DNA from: an uncultured Candidatus Rokubacteria bacterium
GTDB taxonomy: Bacteria > Methylomirabilota > Methylomirabilia > Rokubacteriales > DASRDR01
Length of the DNA: 64,000 nt
Direction of reading: 5' to 3'
NCBI GenBank assembly: GCA_963804185.1
Contig: CAWDPM010000021.1
Span: 26,119-90,118 of the forward strand
The position numbers and the translations under genes were made by a program. The notes under the pieces are model-generated. The model worked only from the letters and a program-made list of their open reading frames with translations, had not been told where the DNA came from and searched no databases. The first letter of the stretch is position 1; each line of letters starts with the position of its first letter. Below are positions 12,284-22,591 of the stretch, piece by piece.

Positions 12284-12564
12284 TGAGGTGGAGCCGCGAG
12301 CGGCTGTTTCACCTGTCGGCGCGCCTCGCGGAAGAGGTGCTCGCCCAGGAGGGCGTGGTCGCCCTCAAGACCCCCGACGACGTCCGGAACGAGATCCTCC
12401 GGGCGCTCTCGGACGAGACGCGCGTCGAGGAGTCGATCGACGCCGAAGTCCGGAAGATCCTCGGCAGCTACGCGCGTCCCGTTCCCGAAGGCAGCCCGGA
12501 GTGGGAGGTCCTCTACCAGAAGACCCGCGACGAGGTCTTCCGGCGCCGGTTCCGCCTGGCGTGA
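12280..12564 (+). CDS. DUF507 family protein (second paralog)
   Basis: EESIDAEVRKILGSY..PEGSPEWEVLYQK pattern. Confidence 0.75.
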   Translation: MMRWSRERLFHLSARLAEEVLAQEGVVALKTPDDVRNEILRALSDETRVEESIDAEVRKILGSYARPVPEGSPEWEVLYQKTRDEVFRRRFRLA

Positions 12565-12631
12565 GCCCGCCGCTCGGCGGTGGGCCGTGGCCTCCGCATC
12601 ACCGCCAGCCGTCCCATCCAAGGAGAGAGGC

Positions 12632-13549
12632 ATGAAGCTTTGCCAGTTCCAGGTCGCCGGTGGGGGGCGCCGCGTGGGCGTGCTCGACGGTGACGACGTC
12701 ATCGACATCACCGCGCCGCGGGCCGGGGTCGGCTCGGTCCTGGACCTCCTCGTCTCCGGCCGCACGCCCGCCGGGATCGAGCGCCTGGCGCGCCGGCTCG
12801 GCCGCGAGCCCCGCCGGCGACGCCACGCCTGGGCCGCGCTGGACCGGGCGCCGCGGGGACGTGGCGTGGGACTGCTTGCGCCGCTCGAGCCCCCGGAGGT
12901 GTGGGGGGCGGGGATCACCTACCGGCGGAGCCGCGAGTACTACTCCGAGCACGACACCGGGCAGGCGCACCGCGGGAAGGGCATCTACGACTACGTGTAC
13001 GAGGCGGAGCGGCCGGAGCTCTTCTATAAGGGGTCCGCAGCGCGCTCGGTGGGCCCGCACGGCGCCGTCGGGCTCCGCGGTGACTCCAAGCTGACGGCGG
13101 TGGAAGCGGAGCTGGCGGTGGTCGTGGGCGTGGGCGGCGGCATCGTCGGTTACACGGTGGGCAACGACCTCTCGGCGTGGGACATCGAGCGCGAGAATCC
13201 GCTGTTCCTGCCCCAGTCCAAGGTCTTCCAGGGAAGCTTCGCGTTCGGCCCCGTGATCGCGACCCCTTCCTCCATCCCCGATCCCCACGCGCTCACCATC
13301 CGGTGCACCATCGAGCGGGGCAGCCGCCGGCTCTTCGAAGGCCAGGCCTCGACCGGCGACCTCAAGCGTCGGTGCGAGGAGCTCGTCGACTGGCTCGGCC
13401 GCTACAACCCGGTGCCGCCGGGCTCCGTGCTCTCAACCGGAACGGGCATCCTCGTGCCCGATGAGTGCGCGCTAGCGCCTGACGACGTCGTCAGCATTAC
13501 GATCGACGGGATCGGGACGCTGCGAAACTCCGTGCGGCGCCTCGACTAA
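12632..13549 (+). CDS. Fumarylacetoacetate hydrolase family protein
   Basis: EVWGAGITY, AERPELFYK, GYTVGNDLSAWDIERENPLFLPQSK, TGTGI. Confidence 0.9.
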   Translation: MKLCQFQVAGGGRRVGVLDGDDVIDITAPRAGVGSVLDLLVSGRTPAGIERLARRLGREPRRRRHAWAALDRAPRGRGVGLLAPLEPPEVWGAGITYRRSREYYSEHDTGQAHRGKGIYDYVYEAERPELFYKGSAARSVGPHGAVGLRGDSKLTAVEAELAVVVGVGGGIVGYTVGNDLSAWDIERENPLFLPQSKVFQGSFAFGPVIATPSSIPDPHALTIRCTIERGSRRLFEGQASTGDLKRRCEELVDWLGRYNPVPPGSVLSTGTGILVPDECALAPDDVVSITIDGIGTLRNSVRRLD

Positions 13550-15463
13550 CGGGGGGACGTTTCCCGCGGGGGCACGGCCGCGGGCCCCGCGCGCCGCGAG
13601 CCAGAGCGGGCCGAGGACCTCGGCCAGGTGCTCGCCCGCCAGCCGGTGCGCCAGGGCGTTGGGATGCTCGTCGAACCGGCTGACCCAGAAGCGCGTGTAA
13701 TCCCGGTACGCCCTAAACGTCGAGCGCAGGTCGACGCACGGGACGGCTTCCCGGCGGCAGAGCTCGAGGACCTGGTCGTGGAGCTCGGCGAACTCGTACG
13801 CGCTCGCCGCCAAGCCGGGGCTGAGATGCGGGAGCAGGGCGATGGCGACCGGGGTGCGGTGGGCGCGGCACTCGCCGATGAAATCCCGCAGCGCCTCGGC
13901 CGCTCCCTCCCAGCGCGGGCCGGCCGGATCGCCGAACATCCGATACATGTAGGCGGGATAGGTCTCCAAGAGTCCCAGGCGCTCCTGCAGGACGATGAAT
14001 TGGTCCTGGAGCATCCACCGGAAGAGCGAGCGGTGGGTGGCACGACGAATCGCCGCAAAGGGGATGAGGTCGGCTGCGCGCGGCCGGTCGACGTAGTCCC
14101 CGTTCTCGAGATCGTTCACGTACCACTCCAGGAGGACGAAGTCCGGGTCGGTGTGCCACACGGCCTGTCGGAGGATCTTGGTTTCATCCTGCGTGTCCGC
14201 CCCCACTCGCCCGAAGTTCACGGCCTCGTAGGTGACGGCCTCGGTGGACTGCGCGTTCAGGCGCTCGACGATCACGCGCTCCAGGCGGGCCGCGCGCGGC
14301 GCGCTCACCGACAGGGAATCGCCGAGCACGGCGATCCGGTACACGCCGAGAGGCTTCCGCAGAGGGAACTCGCGCTCGTCAAACCCGAGCGAGTTCATGG
14401 CGTCTGGCAGGACGGGGTGCAGGAGTTGTGGCATACCGCGAGCCCAGGGTTCATCGCGGAAGACCGCCCGCAGCCCGAACTCTGCGGCGCCGAGTGAGAC
14501 CGCCAGGGCCGTGATCGCGAGGAGACCGCGCCTTACCACTCCGGCGAGGACGCTGGCCGACCCGCGTGGCGCGGTCACCGGCCGGGGGTGGCCGCGGCCG
14601 AGCGGCAGGAGGCCCACGATCAGGAGGAGCCAGGCCCAGCGGGGGATGCCCCGCGTGGCTCTGGGAGCGGCGACCGCCAGGCCCAGGAGGAGGAGGCCGA
14701 GTGCGGGACCCAGGGCGCGCCGCCACGACCGCGTTCCATCGCCCAGGCGCCCGAGGCGGGCCCCCAGCAGCAAGGCGAGGCCTGCGGCCAGAAGAACGGC
14801 GCTCACGGCGGGGAAGCGCCCCCCGAGTCGCAGGTGACTCAGGGAGAACGACGGGAGCACCTCGACGAGCCGAACGCGCTTGAGAGCCACGCCGCTGCCG
14901 CCGTCATTGACCAAGGCCACTGACATCGTCGCGCCGGCACCGAGCGCGGAGGCGGGGATGGCGGCCTCCACTCGGCGTTCCGCGCGTGCCACCGCGCGAC
15001 CCGGTGGGCGACGTGGCCCGGGGCCCTCGAAAGTCGCGATGGTCCGACCATTCACCACGACGCGGAGGTGCGCGCGGGAGTCGGACGGGGGCAGCCCGAA
15101 GTCCTGGAGCTCGCGCGGCCGCGCCCGACCTGTTCGGACCTCGAAGCGGAGCGCGCGGGTCGTCGGCTGCTGGAGGTGAATCGCGACGGCATGGATCGAG
15201 CCGCCCGCCCACTGATCCACCGGGCCCGGCAACCAGGCGGGCACGCGGGCCCAGGGCCTGCCGGGCGTCACCGCGACGTCCGCCGGGCCCAAGAGGAACC
15301 GGCGGATCGATCGGGCGGGATCCTCGGGAGTTAAATTGAACCACTCCCGTCGCCCGATGCCGGCGACCACGGTGGCGATGAGGACCAGGGCAACCGCCAG
15401 GCGCGTCGCGGCGTCCGGAGAGCACCACATGCGAGCCACGCGCCCCCTGCCCGCACCGGTCAT
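13472..15463 (-). CDS. Membrane protein with C-terminal SGNH/GDSL hydrolase-like domain
   Basis: Several TM segments; RIAVLGDS, VND, DEHPNALAH motifs. Confidence 0.72.
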   Translation of the reverse strand: MTGAGRGRVARMWCSPDAATRLAVALVLIATVVAGIGRREWFNLTPEDPARSIRRFLLGPADVAVTPGRPWARVPAWLPGPVDQWAGGSIHAVAIHLQQPTTRALRFEVRTGRARPRELQDFGLPPSDSRAHLRVVVNGRTIATFEGPGPRRPPGRAVARAERRVEAAIPASALGAGATMSVALVNDGGSGVALKRVRLVEVLPSFSLSHLRLGGRFPAVSAVLLAAGLALLLGARLGRLGDGTRSWRRALGPALGLLLLGLAVAAPRATRGIPRWAWLLLIVGLLPLGRGHPRPVTAPRGSASVLAGVVRRGLLAITALAVSLGAAEFGLRAVFRDEPWARGMPQLLHPVLPDAMNSLGFDEREFPLRKPLGVYRIAVLGDSLSVSAPRAARLERVIVERLNAQSTEAVTYEAVNFGRVGADTQDETKILRQAVWHTDPDFVLLEWYVNDLENGDYVDRPRAADLIPFAAIRRATHRSLFRWMLQDQFIVLQERLGLLETYPAYMYRMFGDPAGPRWEGAAEALRDFIGECRAHRTPVAIALLPHLSPGLAASAYEFAELHDQVLELCRREAVPCVDLRSTFRAYRDYTRFWVSRFDEHPNALAHRLAGEHLAEVLGPLWLAARGARGRAPAGNVPPLVEAPHGVSQRPDPVDRNADDVVRR

Positions 15464-15672
15464 CAGGTAACTCCCCGGGCTGTCTCAGTAGACCAAGTCC
15501 TGGGCGGACACCGACTCACTCTTGACACTCAGCGGCCAATGACTTCATCGCACTTGCGCTCGCCGTCACGGAGGAAGGCCGCCAGGAGCCCAAAGCCGAT
15601 AGTCGCTCGGCGGATTGGCACGACCGTTTCCCGGCCGTCGGAGTGACGAAAGGAAATGGGTGGCTGCCTTCA

Positions 15673-17085
15673 TCAGGTGGCGAGGAACGTCCGAGTGTGC
15701 TCCAGGAACTGGCTGAAGGCCGGCTCGGTCTCGAGGAAGAGGTGGTTGCGCCCGTGCAGGGCCACGAACTTTGCCCCCGGGATGCCGGCGGCCATACGGC
15801 GCCCGGCTTCGAAGGGGACCTGGGCATCATCGCGCGCGTGCAGCACGAGCGTCGGCACGCTCACCCGCGGGAGCAACGCGGTGACATCGGTCTCGCCGTT
15901 CGCCTCGCGAATCCGGGCGGCCACGTCCGCCGATACCGTCATGCGCTGCAGCTCGTTGAACCAATCGGCCTGCTCTTTGGTCGCACCGGGCATGAACCGT
16001 GAGGTGAAGAGCTGGCGAAAGGCCGGGTTCTCCTGGCCCCAGCCCAGCCGAATCAGCGTCAGCATGGCGGCACCCTCCTCCTTCTCGGCCGCGGTGCGGG
16101 CGCCCTTCTTCCAGCCCAGCGCGTATCCGCCGTAGAGGATGAGATGCGACACGCGCTCAGGATGTCGCACTGCGTAGGCGATCGAGACCGCACACCCCTG
16201 GGAGATCCCGAGCAACGCGAACTGCGTGATCCCTGCAGCGTCAGCCACCGCCTCCAGATCGCCCACGAAGCTGTCGAACGAGATCTCGTCGACGGTCCGA
16301 TCCGACAGCCCGTTGCCGCGCGCGTCGTAGCGGACCAGCGTGTGGCCCTTCGCCAGCTCACGATAGAGATGCCGCCAGATCGGGCTCTCGAGATCGAATT
16401 CCAGATGGGTCATCCAGTTGCCCGTCTTGATCATCGGCGGCCCCTGGCCGATCATCGAGTAGGCGAGCTGGACGCCGTCGGGCGCGGTGCAGAAGCGAAT
16501 CTCCTGCGTGAGGTCGACGGCATTGGGGGCCGTCACGCCCGGACCGGCGCCCCCATCCGCCGGCGAGATGGCGAAGACGTCCACCGGATGCGCGATGTTC
16601 TTCAAGGTGCGCGGGCCGAGCGCCTGGAAATCTGCCTTGAGCACGCGGCTCACCTGGTCGAACACCTGGCGGGAGATGCAGATGCCGCCGGGCTCCGCGA
16701 TCCCTTCGAGACGCGCCGCGACGTTGATGCCGTCGCCGTAGATCCGGGTCTCGTCGTGGATGACGTCGCCCAGGTTGATGCCGATGCGGAACTGCATGCG
16801 GCGCGACTCCGGCACCGCGTCGTTGCGCACCGCCATGATGGTCTGGATCTCGACCGCGCACTCGGTCGCATTGATCACGCTCGGGAACTCGGCCAGGATG
16901 CCGTCACCGGCGGTGTCAATGATTCGGCCGCCGTAGCGGCCGACCAGCGGCAGGACCACCGCTTGGTGGTCCTTGAGATCGCGAACCGTCGCGGCCTCGT
17001 CCTCGCCCATGAGGCGGCTGTAGCCGGCGATGTCGGCGGCGAGAATCGCCGCGAGCCGGCGCTTCAGCGAGGAGTGGTCATCCAT
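15673..17085 (-). CDS. Class III adenylate/guanylate cyclase fused to alpha/beta hydrolase
   Basis: RRLAAILAADIAGYSRLM, GDGINVAARLE; GISQG nucleophile elbow. Confidence 0.9.
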   Translation of the reverse strand: MDDHSSLKRRLAAILAADIAGYSRLMGEDEAATVRDLKDHQAVVLPLVGRYGGRIIDTAGDGILAEFPSVINATECAVEIQTIMAVRNDAVPESRRMQFRIGINLGDVIHDETRIYGDGINVAARLEGIAEPGGICISRQVFDQVSRVLKADFQALGPRTLKNIAHPVDVFAISPADGGAGPGVTAPNAVDLTQEIRFCTAPDGVQLAYSMIGQGPPMIKTGNWMTHLEFDLESPIWRHLYRELAKGHTLVRYDARGNGLSDRTVDEISFDSFVGDLEAVADAAGITQFALLGISQGCAVSIAYAVRHPERVSHLILYGGYALGWKKGARTAAEKEEGAAMLTLIRLGWGQENPAFRQLFTSRFMPGATKEQADWFNELQRMTVSADVAARIREANGETDVTALLPRVSVPTLVLHARDDAQVPFEAGRRMAAGIPGAKFVALHGRNHLFLETEPAFSQFLEHTRTFLAT

Positions 17086-17469
17086 CTTCTGCTCTCCTGC
17101 ACGGCCGTAGACGTGAGGCGAGGTGGCCGGCATTGTCGCACCTCACGGTCAGGACCTCCAGAACTGCCCGCGAACGCTCTAGGTCTACGCTGAGGAACCC
17201 TCTCTCGCCTTGTGAGTCGAACTACATTCGGCCGCCGGATAGGCTGACCCGCGTAAGACCGTGACCGCCGCGAGGTCTTGCAGCCCATCTCGGCCGGGGA
17301 TGGACCTCTCGTCTCGATCTGCAGCCGGCTCGATTCACTCTCCTGCGTTCGTTTGTTCAGGATCGTCCCAGGCTGGATGGGCTGCTTGGTCCTGCAGTCT
17401 ATCCCGCTGTGCTTGGGCGCGAAAGATCCCCTCTGGCGTGCCGAGCGCCGGCGCCGTGCCGCTCGAGGA

Positions 17470-17980
17470 CCGGCGAGCTCCTCGGGCTGGAGTGATCGCA
17501 GGTTGACTTCGAGGCGGGGATCATCCGGCTCGAGGTGCGGACCACCAAGTACAAGAAAGGTCGGGAGCTCCCCTTCACAGCCCTGCCCGAGCCGAGATGC
17601 TCCGGGCCCAGCGGGCGGCCACCACGGCGCTGGGCCACCGGCAGGGCCGGATCATCCGGCACGTCTTCGATCGGGAGGGGTGGGCCATCAAGTCGTTCCG
17701 TCATGCCTGGCAGGCAGCGGTCACCGGGGCCGCGCGGCCCGGCCGGTTGCCGCCCGACTTCCGCCGGACGGCCGTTCGGAACCTAGTCCGGGCCGGGGTC
17801 TCCGCGAAGGTCGCCATGACCCTGACCAGCCATAAGACCAGGGCGGTGTTCGACCGGTACGACATCGTCAACGAGGCGGACCTCAGGAGCGCCGTCGAGC
17901 GGCTGGCGGCCCGACGCCCCGACGGCGGGCTGGGCCAGGTCATGCCGATGAAGCGGGGCGCGGCGCTGGCGTCCCCGTAA
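17470..17980 (+). pseudogene. Tyrosine integrase C-terminal remnant
   Basis: QVDFEAGIIRL..TTK fragment; PDFRRTAVRNL and SHKTRAVFDRY (HxxR and GH motifs degenerate); internal stop and frameshifts; N-terminus absent. Confidence 0.82.
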
Positions 17981-17995
17981 GATTCCCCGTAAGAT
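17972..17995. repeat. Tandem 12-bp repeat TCCCCGTAAGAT x2 (possible integrase arm site)
   Basis: Seen between the integrase end and the tRNA-Leu 3' end. Confidence 0.6.
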
Positions 17996-18031
17996 CGGCC
18001 GGCCGGGGGATGACGAGTCTTGCTAAACTAC

Positions 18032-18118
18032 TGGTGCCGAAGGGGGGACTCGAACCCCCACACCCTTGCGGGCACTAGACCCTGAATCTAGCGCGTCTGC
18101 CAATTCCGCCACTTCGGC
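18032..18118 (-). tRNA. tRNA-Leu(CAG)
   Basis: GCCGAAGTGGCGGAATTGGCAGACGCG..CTAGA-TTCAGGG-TCTAG, long variable arm, GGTTCGAGTCC, CCA. Confidence 0.95.
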
Positions 18119-18181
18119 GCCCGCGAGCAGGCGATAACGCTACCATCGGGTCCGGAGCCCGTCAAGACGAGGGGCCGTGAC

Positions 18182-18652
18182 GTGAGCAAGCCCGCCCCGG
18201 GCGAGAAGCTCGTCGCCTCCAACCGGCGAGCCCACCACAACTTCGACATCCTCGAGACCCACGAGGCGGGCCTCGTGCTCCAGGGCACGGAGGTCAAGTC
18301 GCTCCGGGACAGTCGGGCGGACCTCAAGGAGTCGTACGCCCGGATCGAGGGGAACGAGGCCTGGCTCCTCGGGCTACACATCAGCCCGTACGCCCAGGGC
18401 AACAGGGCCAACCACGACCCGCTACGGCCCCGCAAGCTCCTGCTCCATCGCGGGGAAATCAACCGACTGCTCGGGAAGATCATGGAGAGGGGATTGACCC
18501 TCGTCCCCTTGCGCCTATACTTCAAGCAAGGTCGGGCCAAGGTTGAACTGGGGCTCGCGCGTGGCCGAAAGACACTGGACAAGCGGCACGCGATCCGGGA
18601 GCGCGAGGAGCGACGCGAGGTCGCACGGGCTTTGCGCGAGCGGACGCGCTGA
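18182..18652 (+). CDS. smpB: SsrA-binding protein
   Basis: NRRAHHNF, EAGLVLQGTEVKSLR, RKLLLH, GRKTLDKR. Confidence 0.97.
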   Translation: MSKPAPGEKLVASNRRAHHNFDILETHEAGLVLQGTEVKSLRDSRADLKESYARIEGNEAWLLGLHISPYAQGNRANHDPLRPRKLLLHRGEINRLLGKIMERGLTLVPLRLYFKQGRAKVELGLARGRKTLDKRHAIREREERREVARALRERTR

Positions 18653-18664
18653 CAGGGAGGGCAT

Positions 18665-19021
18665 GGGGGCGACCGGTTTCGACGGGGATCACGATGTCCG
18701 GGGCAGCACCTCGAGGGCGCCCATCCCCTCGTCAAATGGTGGGTCGGCTATAGCTGCCGACAAAGAGCTAGCACTCGCCGCCTAACTAGCGGCGACGTCC
18801 GCCCTTCCCGGGCCAGCAGGGGAGGGGGCCGGGCGTCATAATTCTGCGGGCTGGCGCCGCGAGCGGGCCTGGGCAACGCGGCGCGAGATCGAACAGGCTG
18901 GTCTGGCCATGATCCCGTCCGCGGGAGCGTCGGTCGGCGAGATCTAAAGCGCGGACTATGGGTGTAGCGGCCTCGGGCTGACGGTCTTCGGACGTGGGTT
19001 CAATTCCCACCGCCTCCACCA
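18665..19021 (+). ncRNA. ssrA: tmRNA, tag (A)ADKELALAA at 18756-18785
   Basis: 5' GGGGGCGA..TTCGAC, 3' T-arm GGTTCAATTCCC..CTCCACCA, tag ORF ending LALAA*, adjacent to smpB. Confidence 0.95.
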
Positions 19022-19052
19022 TCCTTTCTGTATCGCAACACCGTGTTAAATA

Positions 19053-19082
19053 AGGGGCCTCGGAGCGATCCTCCGGGGCCCT
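19053..19082 (+). terminator. Hairpin downstream of tmRNA (island-supplied)
   Basis: AGGGGCCTCGGAG-CGATC-CTCCGGGGCCCT stem-loop. Confidence 0.55.
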
Positions 19083-19119
19083 CGGTGCGTCTATCCAGCG
19101 GCCATCCAGCGAATCGAGT

Positions 19120-19304
19120 GAGCGCGTGATGGCGGAGCTCGATGCCGGAACGGTCTACGCGAACCGCTGCGACTACCTGGATCCGCTGCTCCCCGGGGTC
19201 GGGGTCAAGGACAGCGGCAAGGGCTGCTCGCTCTCCCACCTGGGGTTTCGCCACCTGACGCGGCCGAAGAGCTTCCACCTGCGCGCTCGCACTCGCCCGG
19301 CCTG
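19120..19304 (+). pseudogene. Aldehyde dehydrogenase C-terminal fragment
   Basis: ELDAGTVYANRCDYLDP..GVKDSGKGCSLSHLGF..LTRPKSFHLR. Confidence 0.65.
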
Positions 19305-19351
19305 ACCGGGGGTCGACGCGCGGGACACCGCTGTCAGGCCCGCGCCCGCGG

Positions 19352-20311
19352 TCAGGCGCGGGACCGGCCAAGCCGTCGGGTACGCGCGTGCTCCGCCCAC
19401 ATCGCCTTGGCGTACGCGAGACTCTTCTGGTCCGCGTGGAACTGGTCCCCCGCCGAGGCGCCCTCGATCGCCATGTAGCCCGCGTAGCCGGCCGCGTGCA
19501 TCGCGGCCACCGCGAACCGGTAGTCGATCTCGCCGTCCGGCAGCGGCACCCGCAGGAACACCGAGCGCTGCATCTCCGGGTGGTACACCCGGTAGAGATT
19601 CTTGCAGTGCCAGTACACGGAGATCGGCGCCAGCTGCCGGATGCAGTCCTCCGGGGTCTCCTCCGGGACGTCGTAGGTCCAGTAGACGTTGCCGAGGTCC
19701 GGGTTGATGCCGAAGTTCCGGCGGTCGACCAGCCGGTGGATCAACCGGGCCGACCACGAGTTATCGACGAGCGAGTTCTGGTGGACCTCCACCGAGATCG
19801 TGACACCCGCGTCCGCCGCCTGGTCACACGCTGTCTGACACGCCTTCGCCAGGGCCTCGTACTCGGAGAGCTGGGCGTCCCGCGACGCGTCCTGAGCGAC
19901 CGGCCAGCCGTGCTGCGACCCCGGAAGGCTGCCGGCCGGGTTGCCGGGGCGCCGCGCGGGCGCGCTCAGCGCGGTGTTGACGACCGTCGCGCCCACCCAG
20001 CCGGCGAACTGGATGGCGCTGGCCTGACGCGCTCGGTTGCGAGGGCCGTGCCGTGCGTCCGTCAGGGTCCCACCGGCTCGCACGCAGCCGATCGGCATCC
20101 CCGCCTGCCGGAGCCGCCGGCCGAACGCCTTCACCTGCCGCTCCGACCCGCCCGTCCTCTCGAGGACCTCGACGCCGACCTCGATCGCATCGAACCCGAT
20201 GTCCTTCGCCGTGCGCAAGAACGCCGCCGTGTAGTCGTCCGGGGCAAGGTTCCAGGAATCGAAGCTGGTTGGGTAGAGCGTGGCGCGCCGATGCGCGTAG
20301 CAGAATCGCAT
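19352..20311 (-). CDS. Sugar phosphate isomerase/epimerase (xylose isomerase-like TIM barrel)
   Basis: GFDAIE, SVEVHQ, INPDLGN, YWHCKN, GEIDY, GYMAIEG. Confidence 0.82.
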   Translation of the reverse strand: MRFCYAHRRATLYPTSFDSWNLAPDDYTAAFLRTAKDIGFDAIEVGVEVLERTGGSERQVKAFGRRLRQAGMPIGCVRAGGTLTDARHGPRNRARQASAIQFAGWVGATVVNTALSAPARRPGNPAGSLPGSQHGWPVAQDASRDAQLSEYEALAKACQTACDQAADAGVTISVEVHQNSLVDNSWSARLIHRLVDRRNFGINPDLGNVYWTYDVPEETPEDCIRQLAPISVYWHCKNLYRVYHPEMQRSVFLRVPLPDGEIDYRFAVAAMHAAGYAGYMAIEGASAGDQFHADQKSLAYAKAMWAEHARTRRLGRSRA

Positions 20312-20383
20312 GGGGGCGAACGTAGCACGGGCACGGATTCGCGTCCACGCAGTCGGATCACCGGCGCTTGACGCCCGGCGCTG

Positions 20384-20760
20384 GTGGATGGTGTAGTGCG
20401 CTGCGGCGCCACGCCCGCCCGCGGTCCGCGCGGACGGCGCACGCGCCGAGCAGTCGATTCCTTGTTCGGAGGTCTCGATGCCCAGATCGTCCATCGCCAT
20501 CGAGCGACTGGCCGCCGGGCCCATGCCGCCGACGGCGGCCAACCCGACCTGGCCCAACGTCCTCATACTCGTGTCGCCGACGTGGTAGCGAGGATGGGGC
20601 CGGCGCCGTGGGCTACGCGCCTCATCGCCGACGAGCGCCCGCTCGTGACCCTGATCGCGGCGCCACCCGGAGGCGGCAACCGTCCTCACTGGCACGCCGA
20701 CTTCGACGAGTGGTAGGCGTCTTCGCCGGGCATCTCCAGTGGGAGCTGACCGGCGGCGTC
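20384..20760 (+). pseudogene. Cupin-domain gene fragment
   Basis: PPGGGNRPHWHADFDEW followed by a stop and truncation. Confidence 0.55.
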
Positions 20761-20791
20761 GCGGCCTCGTCGGGAGTGTCGTCGTCACCCG

Positions 20792-20957
20792 ATGACGTCC
20801 GAGCTTCCCGTCGTCTCCGGACGGGAGGCCATCCGCGTCTTCGAGCAGCTTGGCTACCGCGTCGTGCCGCAGCGCAGCAGCCACATCCGGCTCCGCCACG
20901 CGACTGATCCCTCGAGGAAGTCGCTGACGGTCCCGGACCACCGTACGCTCAAACCAC
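20792..20957 (+). pseudogene. Truncated HicA-type toxin
   Basis: LPVVSGREAIRVFEQLGY..QRSSHIRLRH..LTVPDHRTLKP; canonical GSH altered to SSH; C-terminus lost. Confidence 0.7.
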
Positions 20958-20994
20958 CTGGCTCAGCACGCACCTGCCATACCCGGGGCGGGTC

Positions 20995-21117
20995 GGCTTC
21001 ACGCTGGGCACGCTCGACACGCCCGTCGTGCCGGCCGAGCAGAAGCACATCTACGTGGGCTCGAAGGCGCCCCGGTGGACGATCCACGACGCGCTGCCGC
21101 AAAGCGAGCGCGAGTGA
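20995..21117 (+). pseudogene. GFA/CENP-V family C-terminal fragment
   Basis: TLGTLDTP..PAEQKHIYVGSKAPRWTIHDALPQ. Confidence 0.55.
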
Positions 21118-21134
21118 AGGAGAAAGAGAAAAGC

Positions 21135-22034
21135 ATGCCGAACCAACAGGCAGGATTGATCGGGCTGGGCGCCATGGGCGCCGGCATCGCCGCCACCATG
21201 CGCCGTGCCGGCTACACCGTGCATGTGTGCGATGCGCGCCCCGGCGTGGCTGCCGCCTTTGCCGCCGATGGCGGCGTGGCGCACGACACGCCGGCGCAGG
21301 TCGCCGCCGCGTGCGAGCGGCTGGTGAGCGTGGTGGTAAATGCGCAGCAGACCGAGGCGGTGCTTTTCGGCGAGGGCGGCGCGGCCGCTGCGCTGCGGCC
21401 AGGCAGCGTGTTCGTGATGTGCTCCACGGTCGACCCGAACTGGTCGGTGGCGCTGGAGGCGCGCCTGGCCGTGGCCGGCATCCACTACATCGACGCGCCG
21501 ATTTCCGGCGGTGCGGCCAAGGCGGCCAGCGGCCAGATGACGATGATGACCTCCGCCCGGCCCGAGGCCTATGCCAAGGCCGGCGATCTGCTCGAGTCCA
21601 TGGCCGGCAAGGTGTACCGCCTGGGCGACCGCGCAGGCGCGGGCAGCAAGGTGAAGATCATCAACCAGCTACTGGCCGGCGTACACATCGCCGCCGCGGC
21701 CGAGGCGATGGCGCTGGGCTTGCGGGAGGGCGTGGCACCGGAAGCGCTGTACGAGGTCATCACCCACAGCGCGGGCAACAGCTGGATGTTCGAGAACCGC
21801 ATGGCCCATGTGCTGGCAGGCGACTACACGCCGCTGTCGGCGGTCGACCTCTTCGTGAAGGACCTGGGCCTGGTGCTCGACACCGCGCGCGCCAGCAAGT
21901 TTCCGCTGCCGCTCGCGTCCACCGCGCACCAGATGTTCATGCAGGCCTCCACCGCGGGCTTCGCGAAGGAGGACGACAGCGCGGTGATTAAGATTTTTCC
22001 GGGCATCGAACTTCCAAAGCGTGAGGGAGCATGA
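21135..22034 (+). CDS. ltnD: L-threonate dehydrogenase-like (3-hydroxyisobutyrate dehydrogenase family)
   Basis: GLGAMG, DAPISGGAAKA, GSKVKIINQLLAGVHIAAAAEA, SAGNSWMFENR, EDDSAVIKIF. Confidence 0.8.
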   Translation: MPNQQAGLIGLGAMGAGIAATMRRAGYTVHVCDARPGVAAAFAADGGVAHDTPAQVAAACERLVSVVVNAQQTEAVLFGEGGAAAALRPGSVFVMCSTVDPNWSVALEARLAVAGIHYIDAPISGGAAKAASGQMTMMTSARPEAYAKAGDLLESMAGKVYRLGDRAGAGSKVKIINQLLAGVHIAAAAEAMALGLREGVAPEALYEVITHSAGNSWMFENRMAHVLAGDYTPLSAVDLFVKDLGLVLDTARASKFPLPLASTAHQMFMQASTAGFAKEDDSAVIKIFPGIELPKREGA

Positions 22035-22404
22035 CCGAGCGCCGTGCCGGGCCCCCCCAAGCAAGCGCGCCCCCCCCTTCGGCGGCGACCTCTGGCCGGT
22101 CGTGAATCCGTGGGCCACCGGGTACGACCTGTTCCGCGGGCGCCGCCAGGCCGGCCGCTTGCGACCTACCCGGCGCGATGGGGCGTCGCGACGGCCGTCC
22201 TCGCCTTCGTGAGCTTCGCCGCGATGGAGCGCGCGTGGAGCCAGAGCGAGGTTCCACGGTCCCTGGCCCTCGCGATACTCGGCTACTCGGTGTTCACGTG
22301 GGTCGCGATGGTCGTGTTCGGCCGTGACCTGTGGCTCGCGCGAGGGGAGCGATCTCACGAGCATGAGCGCGCTCCGCGGGCGCACGCTGGCTCGCCAGGG
22401 GGAT

Positions 22405-22591
22405 CGGGATCCGCCGCTCATCCGTGACCGGGACAGCCGGTATGGCGAAGCGTTTGATCGGCGCGTGCGTGAACTGGGGGTGAGACTGCCCAACCCGACA
22501 GGCCGGATCATCGGGCGTCCGGTGCTCGGGGGCCTGCACCACGTGTATCAGCATGCAGCCTGGTGGTCGGATGGAGTTGTTGCGCCCCACA
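22405..22591 (+). mobile_element. Internally deleted IS remnant (rve integrase-core transposase)
   Basis: LIRDRDSRYGEAFD joined directly to the C-terminal RPVLGGLHHVY; end sequence GGATGGAGTTGTTGCGCCCCACA. Confidence 0.6.

Noticed and set aside
20792-21991. 399-aa HicA fusion protein
   Set aside because: HicA stub reading through into an off-frame of ltnD.
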